DNA of 64,000 bases, taken from a bacterium (GTDB taxonomy: Bacteria > JAHJDO01). Of this stretch, positions 48,707 through 60,047 are shown piece after piece. Both the position numbers and the translations under genes were made by a program. The DNA lies in contig JBDRTG010000047.1 of the NCBI GenBank assembly GCA_043824255.1, forward strand, positions 256,001 to 320,000. Reading direction: 5' to 3'. Positions within the stretch are counted from its first letter, which is position 1; every line of letters begins with the position of its first letter. The notes beneath the pieces were generated by a model, which had not been told where the DNA came from, did no database searches, and saw only the letters and a list, made by a program, of their open reading frames with translations.

Positions 48707-49786
48707 TTATTTTATGTAAATATCCGGCCTTTGTATGGTCATGTCTTCATATCTGATAGTCAACATTGGCCAGTCTGCTGCCTGTGTGATTATTTCTGTT
48801 TTATCCTTGAGAGCAATTATTGTGTCTTCTGACTTTGTTCCTGTAATGGATGGGTTCCATGCAAAAGCCTGATTCAATTTAACTGTTTCTTTACTGTCAG
48901 ATGTTCCTTTGTAGTCTCTGCACGAATAACCTGTTGCTCCTCCCTGGTGATGCAGCTTCCACTCATCTCTGAAACCAGTTTTTTCATAGATATCTAAAGC
49001 TTTCCTAAAAATATCTCCAACACTATTTCCCAACCTTGTATTTGCAGTAAAGGAGGCATCAACCTTTGTAACCGCATTATGCTTTTCTCTTAATTCAGCA
49101 GGCAGGCTTCCAAAATGAACAAGCCTTGTTAATGACGTTATCAAACCCCATTTTCTTGCGCATACAACAATCATAATATATTTTTTTATCCTATTATCTG
49201 TTGGGATTGGGTGTCTGTATTTCCTGATACGCTCATCAGCTGCTATAAGAAGAACAATGGGAATTATGCCTGAGGAGAGAAGTCTTTCTGCTACCAGCCC
49301 AGCTACTTTGTGCTCAGAATCGCCAGGCTTTATAATATCAGATACTTCCTTTAGACTTTTTGAACTCTCATGTCCAATCCATCTGTATTTTTCTATTTCC
49401 GGCTCAGTTAAACTATAGCGCAACGGGGCAATTTCTTCATCTGAGGCAACACGCATACCATCGGTTATCTCTTTGATAATTTTTGCAGATCTATTGGTCT
49501 CATTCCACGGAAATTCAACAAGTTCAAATGCCTGGTCATTTATTTCCTCATCTTTGATACGCGGAGCTTCAATATTGTTGGCAATAATATACTTTTTCGC
49601 TTTTGTGACAATAGCTGTAACACTACCGATTTCAGTTGCTATGCCAACATGGTTGTCCCCACCTCCAGTGAGCCACGCAAAATTACTCTGTTTGTTAACA
49701 ATAACAGCACCATAGCCGTTACTATCCATGAAGCCATGTAATCTCTTTTCCTTTTCTTTAATCTCGGCTTTAATATCTATGTTCAT
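48707..49786 (-). CDS. M24 family metallopeptidase (Xaa-Pro aminopeptidase-like)
   Basis: YRHP, HHQGG, WNPS, KSEDT. Confidence 0.8.
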   Translation of the reverse strand: MNIDIKAEIKEKEKRLHGFMDSNGYGAVIVNKQSNFAWLTGGGDNHVGIATEIGSVTAIVTKAKKYIIANNIEAPRIKDEEINDQAFELVEFPWNETNRSAKIIKEITDGMRVASDEEIAPLRYSLTEPEIEKYRWIGHESSKSLKEVSDIIKPGDSEHKVAGLVAERLLSSGIIPIVLLIAADERIRKYRHPIPTDNRIKKYIMIVVCARKWGLITSLTRLVHFGSLPAELREKHNAVTKVDASFTANTRLGNSVGDIFRKALDIYEKTGFRDEWKLHHQGGATGYSCRDYKGTSDSKETVKLNQAFAWNPSITGTKSEDTIIALKDKTEIITQAADWPMLTIRYEDMTIQRPDIYIK

Positions 49787-49840
49787 ATTTAAAGACTAAA
49801 TTCTTAATTTGATTAATAATTGGAAATTTAAAATTAGGAA

Positions 49841-51358
49841 TTATGTTCTTTTGCGTTTTGCCAACAACCTATTCACAGCATTAACATAAGCTTTCACACT
49901 TGCTTCAATAATGTCAGTACTAGCTCCCCTTCCTGCTACTGTTCTATTACCAACTGCAACCTTTACATGAACCTCGCCTAATGCGTCCTTTCCTCCTGTA
50001 ACAGCTTGGAGAGAATAGTCAACAAGTTTGGCTTTCAGATGGGTAATCTTGTCAATAGCTTTATATGCGGCATCTACGGGACCGTCTCCACAGGCTGCTT
50101 CCTGGGAAACTGCATTTCCTTTTCTTAATCTTATAGTAGCAGTTGGTATAGTTTTGTTTCCACTTACAGTATTAAAGTATTCAAGAATGTAAGTTTCTGA
50201 AGTTGTAGTTATTTCATCCTCAACTATAGCCTCCAGATCTTCATCAAAAACCTCTTGCTTACGATCTGCTACTGTTATAAATCGCTCATAGACCTGATTC
50301 AGTTTTTCTCCTTTGAGTTTATACCCCAGCTTTTCCAAACGATGTTTAAGCGCATGTCGTCCAGACCGAGCTGTTAATACAACATCGCTTTGTTGAACGC
50401 CAACTTCCTCAGGTTTCATAATTTCATAAGTATTTCTATCCTTAAGAAAACCATCTACATGAATACCGCTGCTATGAGCAAAGGCATTCTTCCCTATAAT
50501 AGCTTTGTTTGGAGGAACTGATATGCCAAGGAGATGCGATACAAGCTTGGACGTTCTGTAAAGTTCCACTGTTTTTATTCCCGTAGAAAAACCAAAATAG
50601 TCTGAGCGGACTTTAAGCGCCATAACTATTTCCTCAAGTGATGCGTTACCAGCGCGTTCACCAACCCCGTTGATTGTACACTCTGCCTGTCTTGCCCCAG
50701 CCTTCACTCCTGCAAGGCTATTCGCTACAGCCAGACCAAGGTCATTGTGACAATGAACACTAATAATAGCCTGACTAATATTCGGGACTTCCTCTCTAAT
50801 CTTCATGATAAGTGATGCGAATTGTTCTGGCATAGTGTATCCGGTTGTATCCGGGATATTAATGATTTTTGCACCTGCTTCTATAACGGCTTCCACCATT
50901 TCCAGTAGAAAACCTGGCTCTGCTCTTCCAGCATCTTCTGCGTAAAACTCCACTTCTCTGGCGAATTCCCTTGCTAATTTGACCGACTGCACAGCCATTT
51001 TCAAAACTTCAGTTCTCGTTTTTCTAAGCTTACTCTCTATATGGATATCTGAAACACCGAGCCCTGTATGAATTCGTGATTTAGAAACTCCTTTTAATGC
51101 TTTTCCTGCTATCTCTATATCCTCAGAGCGACACCGAGTGAGTGCACAAATGATCGGTCGATGAATCTCCTTGCCAATAGCCTGAACAGCTTCGAAATCG
51201 CCAGGAGAAGAAGCTGGAAAACCAACTTCCATTACATCCACGCCCAAACGCTCCAGTTGTCTAGCTATCTTAAGTTTTTCCTGAGGACCCAGTCGAGTAC
51301 CTGCGGCCTGCTCCCCATCCCGCAAAGTAGTGTCAAATATTATAATCCTATTTCCCAT
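49841..51358 (-). CDS. leuA: 2-isopropylmalate synthase
   Basis: DTTLRDGEQ, HCHNDLG, GERAGN, HSSGIH, GDGPVDA. Confidence 0.93.
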   Translation of the reverse strand: MGNRIIIFDTTLRDGEQAAGTRLGPQEKLKIARQLERLGVDVMEVGFPASSPGDFEAVQAIGKEIHRPIICALTRCRSEDIEIAGKALKGVSKSRIHTGLGVSDIHIESKLRKTRTEVLKMAVQSVKLAREFAREVEFYAEDAGRAEPGFLLEMVEAVIEAGAKIINIPDTTGYTMPEQFASLIMKIREEVPNISQAIISVHCHNDLGLAVANSLAGVKAGARQAECTINGVGERAGNASLEEIVMALKVRSDYFGFSTGIKTVELYRTSKLVSHLLGISVPPNKAIIGKNAFAHSSGIHVDGFLKDRNTYEIMKPEEVGVQQSDVVLTARSGRHALKHRLEKLGYKLKGEKLNQVYERFITVADRKQEVFDEDLEAIVEDEITTTSETYILEYFNTVSGNKTIPTATIRLRKGNAVSQEAACGDGPVDAAYKAIDKITHLKAKLVDYSLQAVTGGKDALGEVHVKVAVGNRTVAGRGASTDIIEASVKAYVNAVNRLLAKRKRT

Positions 51359-51367
51359 GAGTTCCTT

Positions 51368-52369
<1,002 letters not shown>

Positions 52370-52377
52370 CTAACCTC

Positions 52378-52863
52378 CTATTTTTTATCCACTCTTGTCA
52401 TTGCTATTTTGCCGGTTCTGGCGATTTCTGCTATTCCAAACGGTCTTATTAAATCCAAAAATGTGTTTAGCTTTTTTTCATCTCCATCTATTTCCACTAT
52501 TAGATGTTTTGGATTCATGCTTACCACTTTACACTGAAAAGTTTCAACAATCTGGGTCAGTTTTGTATATGTGGCTGGATTATAAGCAAGTTTTATTAAC
52601 ATGAGTTCACGGTCTATTGTATCCTTTCCCGTTAAATCCTGAACCTTTATCACATCTATAAGTTTATTAAGCTGTTTTGTGATTTGCTCAAGAACCTTTT
52701 CATCTCCTTCTGTAACAATAATCATTCTGGAGATTGTGGGATCTTCAGCAGTCGCACCTACAGTCAAGCTTGTTATATTAAATCCTCTTCCACTAAAAAG
52801 CCCGCTTATTCTGGCGAGAACACCAAACTTGTTTTCAACCTGACAGGATATTATATGTTTCAT
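52378..52863 (-). CDS. ilvN: Acetolactate synthase small subunit
   Basis: VENKFGVLARISGLFSGRGFNI, QLNKLIDV, ARTG. Confidence 0.95.
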   Translation of the reverse strand: MKHIISCQVENKFGVLARISGLFSGRGFNITSLTVGATAEDPTISRMIIVTEGDEKVLEQITKQLNKLIDVIKVQDLTGKDTIDRELMLIKLAYNPATYTKLTQIVETFQCKVVSMNPKHLIVEIDGDEKKLNTFLDLIRPFGIAEIARTGKIAMTRVDKK

Positions 52864-52881
52864 TTTATTATTTTATCCTTT

Positions 52882-54561
52882 CTATGCTAATCCAGAGAGC
52901 ATTTCTGTTAAACTTGCTCCTGCAGGCACCATAGGAAATACATTCTCTTCTGGTGCTACTCTAAAGTCTATAACAAAAGGCGCGTCAGTTTTTATAGCTT
53001 CTTTAAGCGCTCCTTCAACATCCTTTTTGCATGTAACCCTAAGACCTTTTGCTCCATAAGCCTCAGCTATTTTTACAAAATCAGGGTTATTGTCAAGAAT
53101 TGTATGTGAATACCTCTTTTCGTAAAACAACTCCTGCCACTGTCTTACCATTCCAAGACAGCCGTTATTTAAAATTGCTACTTTAACATTTATATTATTT
53201 TTAGCAGCTGTACCGAGTTCCTGAATATTCATCTGAAAACTACCGTCTCCAGCTATATCAAAAACAATCTTGTCCGGACATCCAACTTTTGCTCCAATAG
53301 CTGCAGGAAAGCCAAAACCCATTGTACCAAGACCGCCAGAAGAAATAAATGTTCTGGGCTTTGTATATCTAAAAAATTGAGCCGCCCACATTTGGTTCTG
53401 TCCAACCTCTGTTGTTATAATGACTTCTCCGTTTGTAACTTCGTCTATCTTTTCCACAACATACTGAGGCTTAATACAATCACCATCATCTTTATATGCT
53501 AGAGGGCATTTCTTTTTCCATGCTTCTATCTTGCTATTCCATTGTTCCCTTGTTCTTAGTTTTATGTATTTAGTAAGTTCCTCAAGAACTTTTTTAACAT
53601 CTCCAACTATAGGAATATCAGTCTTAATGTTTTTCCCTATAGCAGTAGGGTCAATATCTATGTGAATTACAGAGGCGTGCGGCGCAAATTTACTGACTTT
53701 TCCAGTTATCCTATCGTCAAACCTTGCTCCAACTGCAATAATAAGGTCTGAAGCCATAACAGCATGATTTGCATATTGGGTCCCATGCATGCCAAGCATA
53801 TTTAGAGATAATCTATGATTGTCAGGAAAACCTCCTTTACCCATAAGAGTAACAGTAACAGGAATATCATTCTTTTCAGCAAGTTCCTTTACAAGAATAT
53901 TTGCGCCCCGAGAAGCAATAACTCCCCCGCCAATATACAGAACAGGTTTCTTAGATCTATTAATGGCTTCTGCAGCTTTCTTAATCTGCTTAATATTCCC
54001 AGCATATGTTGGTTTATAGCCTTTAATATCAGCTTTTTCAGGGTATAAGAAATTAGTCTTATTTACCATCACATCCTTTGGCAAATCTATAAGAACCGGA
54101 CCAGGTTTACCAGTAGAAGCAATATAGAAAGCTTCTTTGATTGTTTGAGCCAGGTCAGCCACATTTCTAACAAGATAATTGTATTTTGTTATAGGTCTTG
54201 TTATTCCAACAATATCAGCCTCCTGGAATGCATCATTACCTATCATTGATGTTAGTACCTGTCCGGTTAATGCAACAAGAGGAATAGAATCCATATATGC
54301 AGTAGCTATCCCAGTTACCAGATTAGTCGCTCCGGGACCTGATGTAGCAAGACAGACCCCCACTTTTCCTGTAGCTCTTGCATACCCGTCAGCGGCATGA
54401 GCTGCTCCCTGTTCATGCCTAACCAGAATATGCCTGATTTCTTTTGTTGCATATAGTTCATCATATACATCCAGCAGCACACCGCCTGGGAAGCCAAATA
54501 TGACCTCTACCTTCTCTTTCTTTAAGCTTTCTATAAGTATTTTAGCTCCACTGAGTTTCAA
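52882..54561 (-). CDS. ilvB: Acetolactate synthase large subunit
   Basis: [31 protein letters not shown]. Confidence 0.96.
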   Translation of the reverse strand: MKLSGAKILIESLKKEKVEVIFGFPGGVLLDVYDELYATKEIRHILVRHEQGAAHAADGYARATGKVGVCLATSGPGATNLVTGIATAYMDSIPLVALTGQVLTSMIGNDAFQEADIVGITRPITKYNYLVRNVADLAQTIKEAFYIASTGKPGPVLIDLPKDVMVNKTNFLYPEKADIKGYKPTYAGNIKQIKKAAEAINRSKKPVLYIGGGVIASRGANILVKELAEKNDIPVTVTLMGKGGFPDNHRLSLNMLGMHGTQYANHAVMASDLIIAVGARFDDRITGKVSKFAPHASVIHIDIDPTAIGKNIKTDIPIVGDVKKVLEELTKYIKLRTREQWNSKIEAWKKKCPLAYKDDGDCIKPQYVVEKIDEVTNGEVIITTEVGQNQMWAAQFFRYTKPRTFISSGGLGTMGFGFPAAIGAKVGCPDKIVFDIAGDGSFQMNIQELGTAAKNNINVKVAILNNGCLGMVRQWQELFYEKRYSHTILDNNPDFVKIAEAYGAKGLRVTCKKDVEGALKEAIKTDAPFVIDFRVAPEENVFPMVPAGASLTEMLSGLA

Positions 54562-54565
54562 AATA

Positions 54566-56230
54566 TCACCCCTTTTTAAATATTGCTCCGGAACTTGCTG
54601 AAGACACCATTTGTGAATATCTATACATGTATCCGGATTTTATCCTTGGTTCTGGTTTCTTCCATTTACCCAATCTATCTCTAATTTCCTTATTAGTTAA
54701 CTTAATATTTAGTTCTCTAGCAGGTATGTCTATTTCAACAGTATCTCCATCCTTTACTATAGCCAATGGACCTCCTTCAGCTGCTTCTGGGGATATATGT
54801 CCAATAGCTGCCCCGCGCGTGCCGCCTGAAAATCTTCCATCAGTTAATAGAGCCACACTATCCGCAAGTCCAATGCCTGCAAGCGCTGCAGTAGGAGAAA
54901 GCCCTTCTCTCATTCCAGGACCACCCTTCGGACCTTCATAACGAAGAACAATAACATCTCCCTTCCTGATTTTTTTATCCATTATAGCTTTCATAGCTTC
55001 TTCTTCAGAGTCAAAAACCCTCGCAGGTCCTGAATGCTTCATCATATCAGGACTAACAGCAGACTGCTTAACAACAGCTCCATCAGGCGCTAAATTGCCT
55101 TTTAGTATTGCAATCCCGCCTTGTTTAGAATAAGGATTGCTTATTGGTCGGATAACCTCTTTATTGAGAATCTCGCATCCTGCAATGTTCTCAGAAACCT
55201 TCATGGTCGTTACAGTTAAGCATTTCTTATTTATTACTCCCAGTTTACTGATCTCCGCCATTACTGCATGCACTCCTCCAGCTTCATCAAGATCCTCAAG
55301 ATGATATTTGCCTGCTGGTGATAGTCTGCATAGATTCGGCACCTTTTTGCTTATTTTATCAAAAAGGCTAAGATCAAACTCTATTCCAGCTTCATTTGCA
55401 ATAGCTGGCAGATGGAGAACTGTATTAGTTGAACTGCCAAGCGCCATTTCTACAGCTATTGCATTCTTAAAAGCGTCAAGCGTTGCAATGTCTCTTGGCT
55501 TTACATTTTTCTTTATGAGCTCGATTATCTGTGCCCCTGCTTCTTTGGCAAGTCTTATTCTTCTGGCATCAACAGCAGGTATTGTGCCATTTCCCGGCAA
55601 GCCCAACCCCAATGCTTCGCTAAGACAGTTCATTGAGTTCGCAGTGAACATGCCCGAACAGGAACCACACCCTGGACATGCCCTCTCTTCTATTTCAAGA
55701 AGCTCTTTTTCACTCATCTTGCCACCTGCCACAGCTCCAACTGCTTCAAAAACACTTATTAAATCTACAGCCTTTTTCCCAATCTTACCTGCCATCATAG
55801 GCCCGCCACTTATTATGATTGCGGGAATATTTAATCTGAGCGCTGCCATAAGCATGCCGGGAACGATCTTATCGCAATTAGCAACAAGCACAAGACCGTC
55901 AAAAGGGTGCGCTTTTGCCATAACTTCTATTGAGTCTGCAATTAGTTCCCTGGAGCCTAGAGAATATTTCATGCCTTCATGATTCATTGCAATGCCGTCA
56001 CATACTCCAATTACACCAAACTCCATAGGTGTTCCACCGCCCATATAAACACCTGCTTTAACAGCCTTAACTATTTGATTAAGATGAATATGCCCGGGGA
56101 TAATTTCATTAAAGGAATTTGCTATTCCTATGATAGGTCTTGAAAGTTCTCTATCGCTATAGCCCATGGCTTTCAAAAGAGAGCGATGAGGCGCTCTTGA
56201 TATTCCTTTTTTCATCAAATCACTACGCAT
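54566..56230 (-). CDS. ilvD: Dihydroxy-acid dehydratase (start MRSD at 56230)
   Basis: [40 protein letters not shown]. Confidence 0.96.
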   Translation of the reverse strand: MRSDLMKKGISRAPHRSLLKAMGYSDRELSRPIIGIANSFNEIIPGHIHLNQIVKAVKAGVYMGGGTPMEFGVIGVCDGIAMNHEGMKYSLGSRELIADSIEVMAKAHPFDGLVLVANCDKIVPGMLMAALRLNIPAIIISGGPMMAGKIGKKAVDLISVFEAVGAVAGGKMSEKELLEIEERACPGCGSCSGMFTANSMNCLSEALGLGLPGNGTIPAVDARRIRLAKEAGAQIIELIKKNVKPRDIATLDAFKNAIAVEMALGSSTNTVLHLPAIANEAGIEFDLSLFDKISKKVPNLCRLSPAGKYHLEDLDEAGGVHAVMAEISKLGVINKKCLTVTTMKVSENIAGCEILNKEVIRPISNPYSKQGGIAILKGNLAPDGAVVKQSAVSPDMMKHSGPARVFDSEEEAMKAIMDKKIRKGDVIVLRYEGPKGGPGMREGLSPTAALAGIGLADSVALLTDGRFSGGTRGAAIGHISPEAAEGGPLAIVKDGDTVEIDIPARELNIKLTNKEIRDRLGKWKKPEPRIKSGYMYRYSQMVSSASSGAIFKKG

Positions 56231-56263
56231 CCCTATTCCTCCGCAATTAAAAATTTCCTTATC

Positions 56264-56340
56264 TGGCGGGAGCGACGGGACTCGAACCCGCAACACCCAG
56301 ATCGACAATCTGGTACTCTAACCAGTTGAGCTACGCCCCC
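56264..56340 (-). tRNA. tRNA-Asp(GTC)
   Basis: GGGGGCGTAGCTCAACTGGTTAGAGTA-CCAGA-TTGTCGA-TCTGG-...GGTTCGAGTCC...GCCA; 77 nt cloverleaf with encoded CCA. Confidence 0.95.
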
Positions 56341-56362
56341 TTTGAAAAGCTACAGTCATTTC

Positions 56363-56439
56363 TGGTGGGCGGTACTGGGTTTGAACCAGTGACATCCTGC
56401 TTGTAAGGCAGGCGCTCTCCCAGACTGAGCTAACCGCCC
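56363..56439 (-). tRNA. tRNA-Val(TAC)
   Basis: GGGCGGTTAGCTCAG...CCTGC-CTTACAA-GCAGG...GGTTCAAACC...ACCA; 77 nt. Confidence 0.95.
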
Positions 56440-56449
56440 TGAAAAAGCT

Positions 56450-56478
56450 AGTATATAAAAAGCTAATATGCTTAGCAA
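56450..56478 (-). promoter_or_regulatory. Promoter for tRNA-Val/Asp (and probably ilv)
   Basis: TTGCTA-17nt-TATACT, 10 nt upstream of tRNA-Val. Confidence 0.65.
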
Positions 56479-56590
56479 GCAAAAAAACCTCTGAGGAAAC
56501 TCCAGTTATTAAATCCCTGATATTTAGCCGTCCAAAAAAATAGACGAATTTTGTATGGATTTTTATGTGAGGCGATGATACAATTTCCGT

Positions 56591-57448
56591 ATGAATTTTG
56601 TACCTATGCTTGATTTGATACAAAAGGCTTGGGACAAAGGGTACGCTGTTCCGTCATTTTGCGCGTGGAACGCTGATGTTATGCAGGCTGTGCTCAATGT
56701 CAGCCAGCGCCTTTCAGCACCTGTTATCATAATGAATGGGCCTGGAGAATTTTTCTTGATGGCGCCTGATATAATGGGGTCTGTAGCTCAAGCAGTAGCC
56801 AAAGGGTACTGTGTTAAAGCTGCTCTTCACTTAGATCACGGAGATTCAATTAACCAAGTTAAACAGTGCATTAATGCGAAGTATACCTCGGTAATGCTTG
56901 ATTTTTCATCAAGACCATTTGAAGAGAATGCAAAAGCTCTATGCGAGGTGGTCCGTCTGGCGCATCCAAATGGCATCACAGTTGAAGGTGAAATTGGTGC
57001 TGTGGGTAAGGTTGATAGTACCACTTCTGAAGGCGGGTGTTCTTCAACTCTAACCAATCCTGATGAGGCAAGCAGGTATGTCAAAGAAACAGGGGTTGAT
57101 GTGCTGGCAATATCTATCGGCAATGCACACGGCAATTACACAAAACTACCGCAACTGGACTTTAACAGACTGGCAGCGATCCATAAGGCTGTGGACATAC
57201 CTCTGGTACTGCACGGCGGTTCGGGAACGCCTGATGACGATATTCAAAGGGCAATATCCATGGGTATTGCGAAGGTTAATGTAGCCACCGACCTTGTAAA
57301 TGCTGTTCGGGAATCTCTTATCAAGCAGTGGCAGTCCGGTCAAAATCAGTGGGTTCCGTCTGCGCGCATAGAGGCCATGAGAGAAGTGGAAAAGGTTGTT
57401 GAAGAATGGATACATCGCACTGGAGCTGAGGGAAAGGCAGAGGCATGA
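56591..57448 (+). CDS. Class II ketose-bisphosphate aldolase
   Basis: HLDHG, VEGEIG, IGNAHG, LVLHGGSG, KVNVAT. Confidence 0.92.
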   Translation: MNFVPMLDLIQKAWDKGYAVPSFCAWNADVMQAVLNVSQRLSAPVIIMNGPGEFFLMAPDIMGSVAQAVAKGYCVKAALHLDHGDSINQVKQCINAKYTSVMLDFSSRPFEENAKALCEVVRLAHPNGITVEGEIGAVGKVDSTTSEGGCSSTLTNPDEASRYVKETGVDVLAISIGNAHGNYTKLPQLDFNRLAAIHKAVDIPLVLHGGSGTPDDDIQRAISMGIAKVNVATDLVNAVRESLIKQWQSGQNQWVPSARIEAMREVEKVVEEWIHRTGAEGKAEA

Positions 57449-57493
57449 AATCAAGTATTAAGGTAATAATAGAATAGGTGGAGAGATATAAAT

Positions 57494-59071
57494 ATGCTAA
57501 GACACAAAGAAGTACACGAAAAACTTGTTGAAGCTGTCAACTCAGCTGTTGTTATTGATGCTCACACGCATATTCAGGATGATCTGCTGGATTTTGACGA
57601 AAAACTGGCTGCAGACAGCAGTCTTTCCGGCACACAAGCTCCTTTTAATCGCTGGTTTCAGTCCAATATCGATGAAGGGCTCAGGCGTAAACGGCTTGTA
57701 AGACGAACCATGATGGATGCGACACATACCCTTTTTTACTCATGGTTTGCTGAAATTGCGGAAGGAGCGAATGCCCAATTGGACCATGCTATTAAGCTGA
57801 TTGGCAATAATAATGAGGAACAAAGACGTGAAGCAGGGAAATTTGTTCTGAAAGAGCTTCGCGACAGCCGATACTCAGAGTATGCCGAGTGGCTGCGAAT
57901 AATGTTCAGACTTTATGACGGAGTGACCGAAGAGGTTGATCCCCTGGACCCAGTGCATTTTGATATGGTTTATGATGCTGTCAAGCGCCAGCGGCACGAT
58001 CCGAAATTTGCGATGGGAGTGCTTGATAAAAATAATATTGCTGCATATGTGACAAGTATTGAGAATAGGGACAAGATACCCATACAAAGACCGGTTCATC
58101 CAGATCAGGTAGATCTTGGCTATGCCACGCATGAGCGGGCTTGGACAATGTTTGACTTTAACTGGCTAGTATGGCCTGAAAGGGCAACTGATTTCGGGCT
58201 TTTCACACAGGGTTACAAATTTCAGGCGGAGAAATATTTGCTATATATGGAGGAAATCCTGCAATGTACAATCACCTCTGTTAAAGATCTACAGGAAGCG
58301 GTCAGGGGCTTTTTCTTCAAGATTCTCAAAAGCCCGAAAAGCAATCCACATAGCCGCTGCTTGTATGTTAATGGGCTGCAGCACGAGAATTTCCGTTTTA
58401 GCACGCCATATTCAGAAGCCACGGTCAATTATGCGATACGTCATCACAAGGATCAGCTCAATGGGGAAAACAAAAAACAGGTTATAGCATGTGTTGCAGA
58501 CGCAATGCTCCAAACTATGAATGACATTGGAAAAGAATACAAGGAGCAAGGTGAACGGTTTGGCTGCTGCTTGCAGCTTTGCGGCGGCGTAACATATTTC
58601 ATGGACTGGGCAAGAGAGATCCAGTCATTTCCTGTTGCTATTGGGCGCCTTGCCCAGGATGAATATCCTGTCTGGACACAGTATCCCCATGTGCATTTTG
58701 AGTATATCTGCGCACATGAGACTATGTATAATGACATGGCTAATGCCGCAAAGCAGGTTGGAAATATCTCTGTAGGTCCGTGGTGGCACTATTTTCGCAG
58801 ACACAAAATTGCACGTATGCTTTATGATCAACTCAGCATGGGACCGATATCGTCAATTGCCTGCGGTTTTACAGACGCCAGGTTTGTTGAGATGCTTGTT
58901 GCAAAATACAGGAGCATGCGCTTAGGAGTTGCAGATACACTTTCACTGCTGGTTGAAGACAGGTATTCTTCTCTTTATATGGATATGGATGCCGCCAAAG
59001 AGATTATAAGGGAGCTCCTTTTCACTAATCCCGCTGCAATTCATCATATCCCTGTTAATAATGACGTATGA
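57494..59071 (+). CDS. Divergent uronate isomerase (UxaC)-like amidohydrolase-fold protein
   Basis: VIDAHTH, GPWWHY, GFTDARF (cf. UxaC WWF and TDSR), C-terminal NP. Confidence 0.65.
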   Translation: MLRHKEVHEKLVEAVNSAVVIDAHTHIQDDLLDFDEKLAADSSLSGTQAPFNRWFQSNIDEGLRRKRLVRRTMMDATHTLFYSWFAEIAEGANAQLDHAIKLIGNNNEEQRREAGKFVLKELRDSRYSEYAEWLRIMFRLYDGVTEEVDPLDPVHFDMVYDAVKRQRHDPKFAMGVLDKNNIAAYVTSIENRDKIPIQRPVHPDQVDLGYATHERAWTMFDFNWLVWPERATDFGLFTQGYKFQAEKYLLYMEEILQCTITSVKDLQEAVRGFFFKILKSPKSNPHSRCLYVNGLQHENFRFSTPYSEATVNYAIRHHKDQLNGENKKQVIACVADAMLQTMNDIGKEYKEQGERFGCCLQLCGGVTYFMDWAREIQSFPVAIGRLAQDEYPVWTQYPHVHFEYICAHETMYNDMANAAKQVGNISVGPWWHYFRRHKIARMLYDQLSMGPISSIACGFTDARFVEMLVAKYRSMRLGVADTLSLLVEDRYSSLYMDMDAAKEIIRELLFTNPAAIHHIPVNNDV

Positions 59072-59979
59072 AAAAAGTTAACTGTATTGGGATATTGGTT
59101 GTTGATGCTCTGGCCAAACCAATAGAGAAATATCCTGTGCCTGAAGAGCGTACCCAGGTAATTACTGACAGCATCCTGTTCTTGCCAGGAGGCGGGGCTG
59201 CCAATTCAGCAGCAGCCCTTGGCCAAATCGGTATTAATGTTAGTGTTTTTGCAAAAATAGGTCAGGATTCCAATGGTATATTTATTATTCAGGAGCTTAA
59301 AAAAAACAATGTTGTCACAGACGGGATTTGCATATCAAAGCATGATTCAACGCCATTCACGTTTGTAGGGATCCATTCAAATAATCAACGAACTTTTATT
59401 CATACACCAGGTGCGAATAAAACTTTCTGTCTGAATGATATTGATCAGGAGAAACTGTTAGACTGTAATTATTTGCTTTATCAGGATCTATGGGTCCTGC
59501 CAAATATTGATGGCGCCCCTGGTGCAGAACTGTTGAAAAAAGCTCAAAGACGCGGAATTATAACCCTAGTTGATGAATGCTGGGGATTGGGGCCTGACCG
59601 CCAGAAGTGGGAGACAATGGTTGCCTGCGCGCAGTATGTGCTGCCCAGCCTAGATGATATGAAAGCTATTTATCCTGATAAAGACAGGAAAGAAATAGCT
59701 GATTACCTTCTTGGACTTGGTTGTGAATACGTGATCCTTAAGATGGGCGCAGACGGTTGTCTTGTTTGTAATAAAGATAAAAAAGAGCATGTGCCGACAT
59801 CAGCACAGAAAATTGTAGATACAACTGGAGCAGGGGACTGCTTTAATGCAGGCTTTATTGCAGGACTTGTCAATGGCAGGAATCCGAAACAAGCAGCAGT
59901 CATTGGATCAAAAGCTGCAGCTGCGTGCATGAAAAATGTTGGCGGAGCAGTGGATATTCCGAAATTTGAAGAGTTATGA
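59068..59979 (+). CDS. PfkB family carbohydrate kinase
   Basis: GGGAAN, GQDSNG, KMGADG, DTTGAGDCFNAG. Confidence 0.93.
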   Translation: MKKVNCIGILVVDALAKPIEKYPVPEERTQVITDSILFLPGGGAANSAAALGQIGINVSVFAKIGQDSNGIFIIQELKKNNVVTDGICISKHDSTPFTFVGIHSNNQRTFIHTPGANKTFCLNDIDQEKLLDCNYLLYQDLWVLPNIDGAPGAELLKKAQRRGIITLVDECWGLGPDRQKWETMVACAQYVLPSLDDMKAIYPDKDRKEIADYLLGLGCEYVILKMGADGCLVCNKDKKEHVPTSAQKIVDTTGAGDCFNAGFIAGLVNGRNPKQAAVIGSKAAAACMKNVGGAVDIPKFEEL

Positions 59980-60047
59980 AAATAGGAGGAAGAAGGAAAA
60001 GAGTACAAACCATATATAGTTTAGGTTAGAGGAGAAGATATACGAAT

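Noticed and set aside
56231..56623. ilvD extension to 56308 and ORF 56318..56623
   Set aside because: They overlap tRNA genes; spurious.
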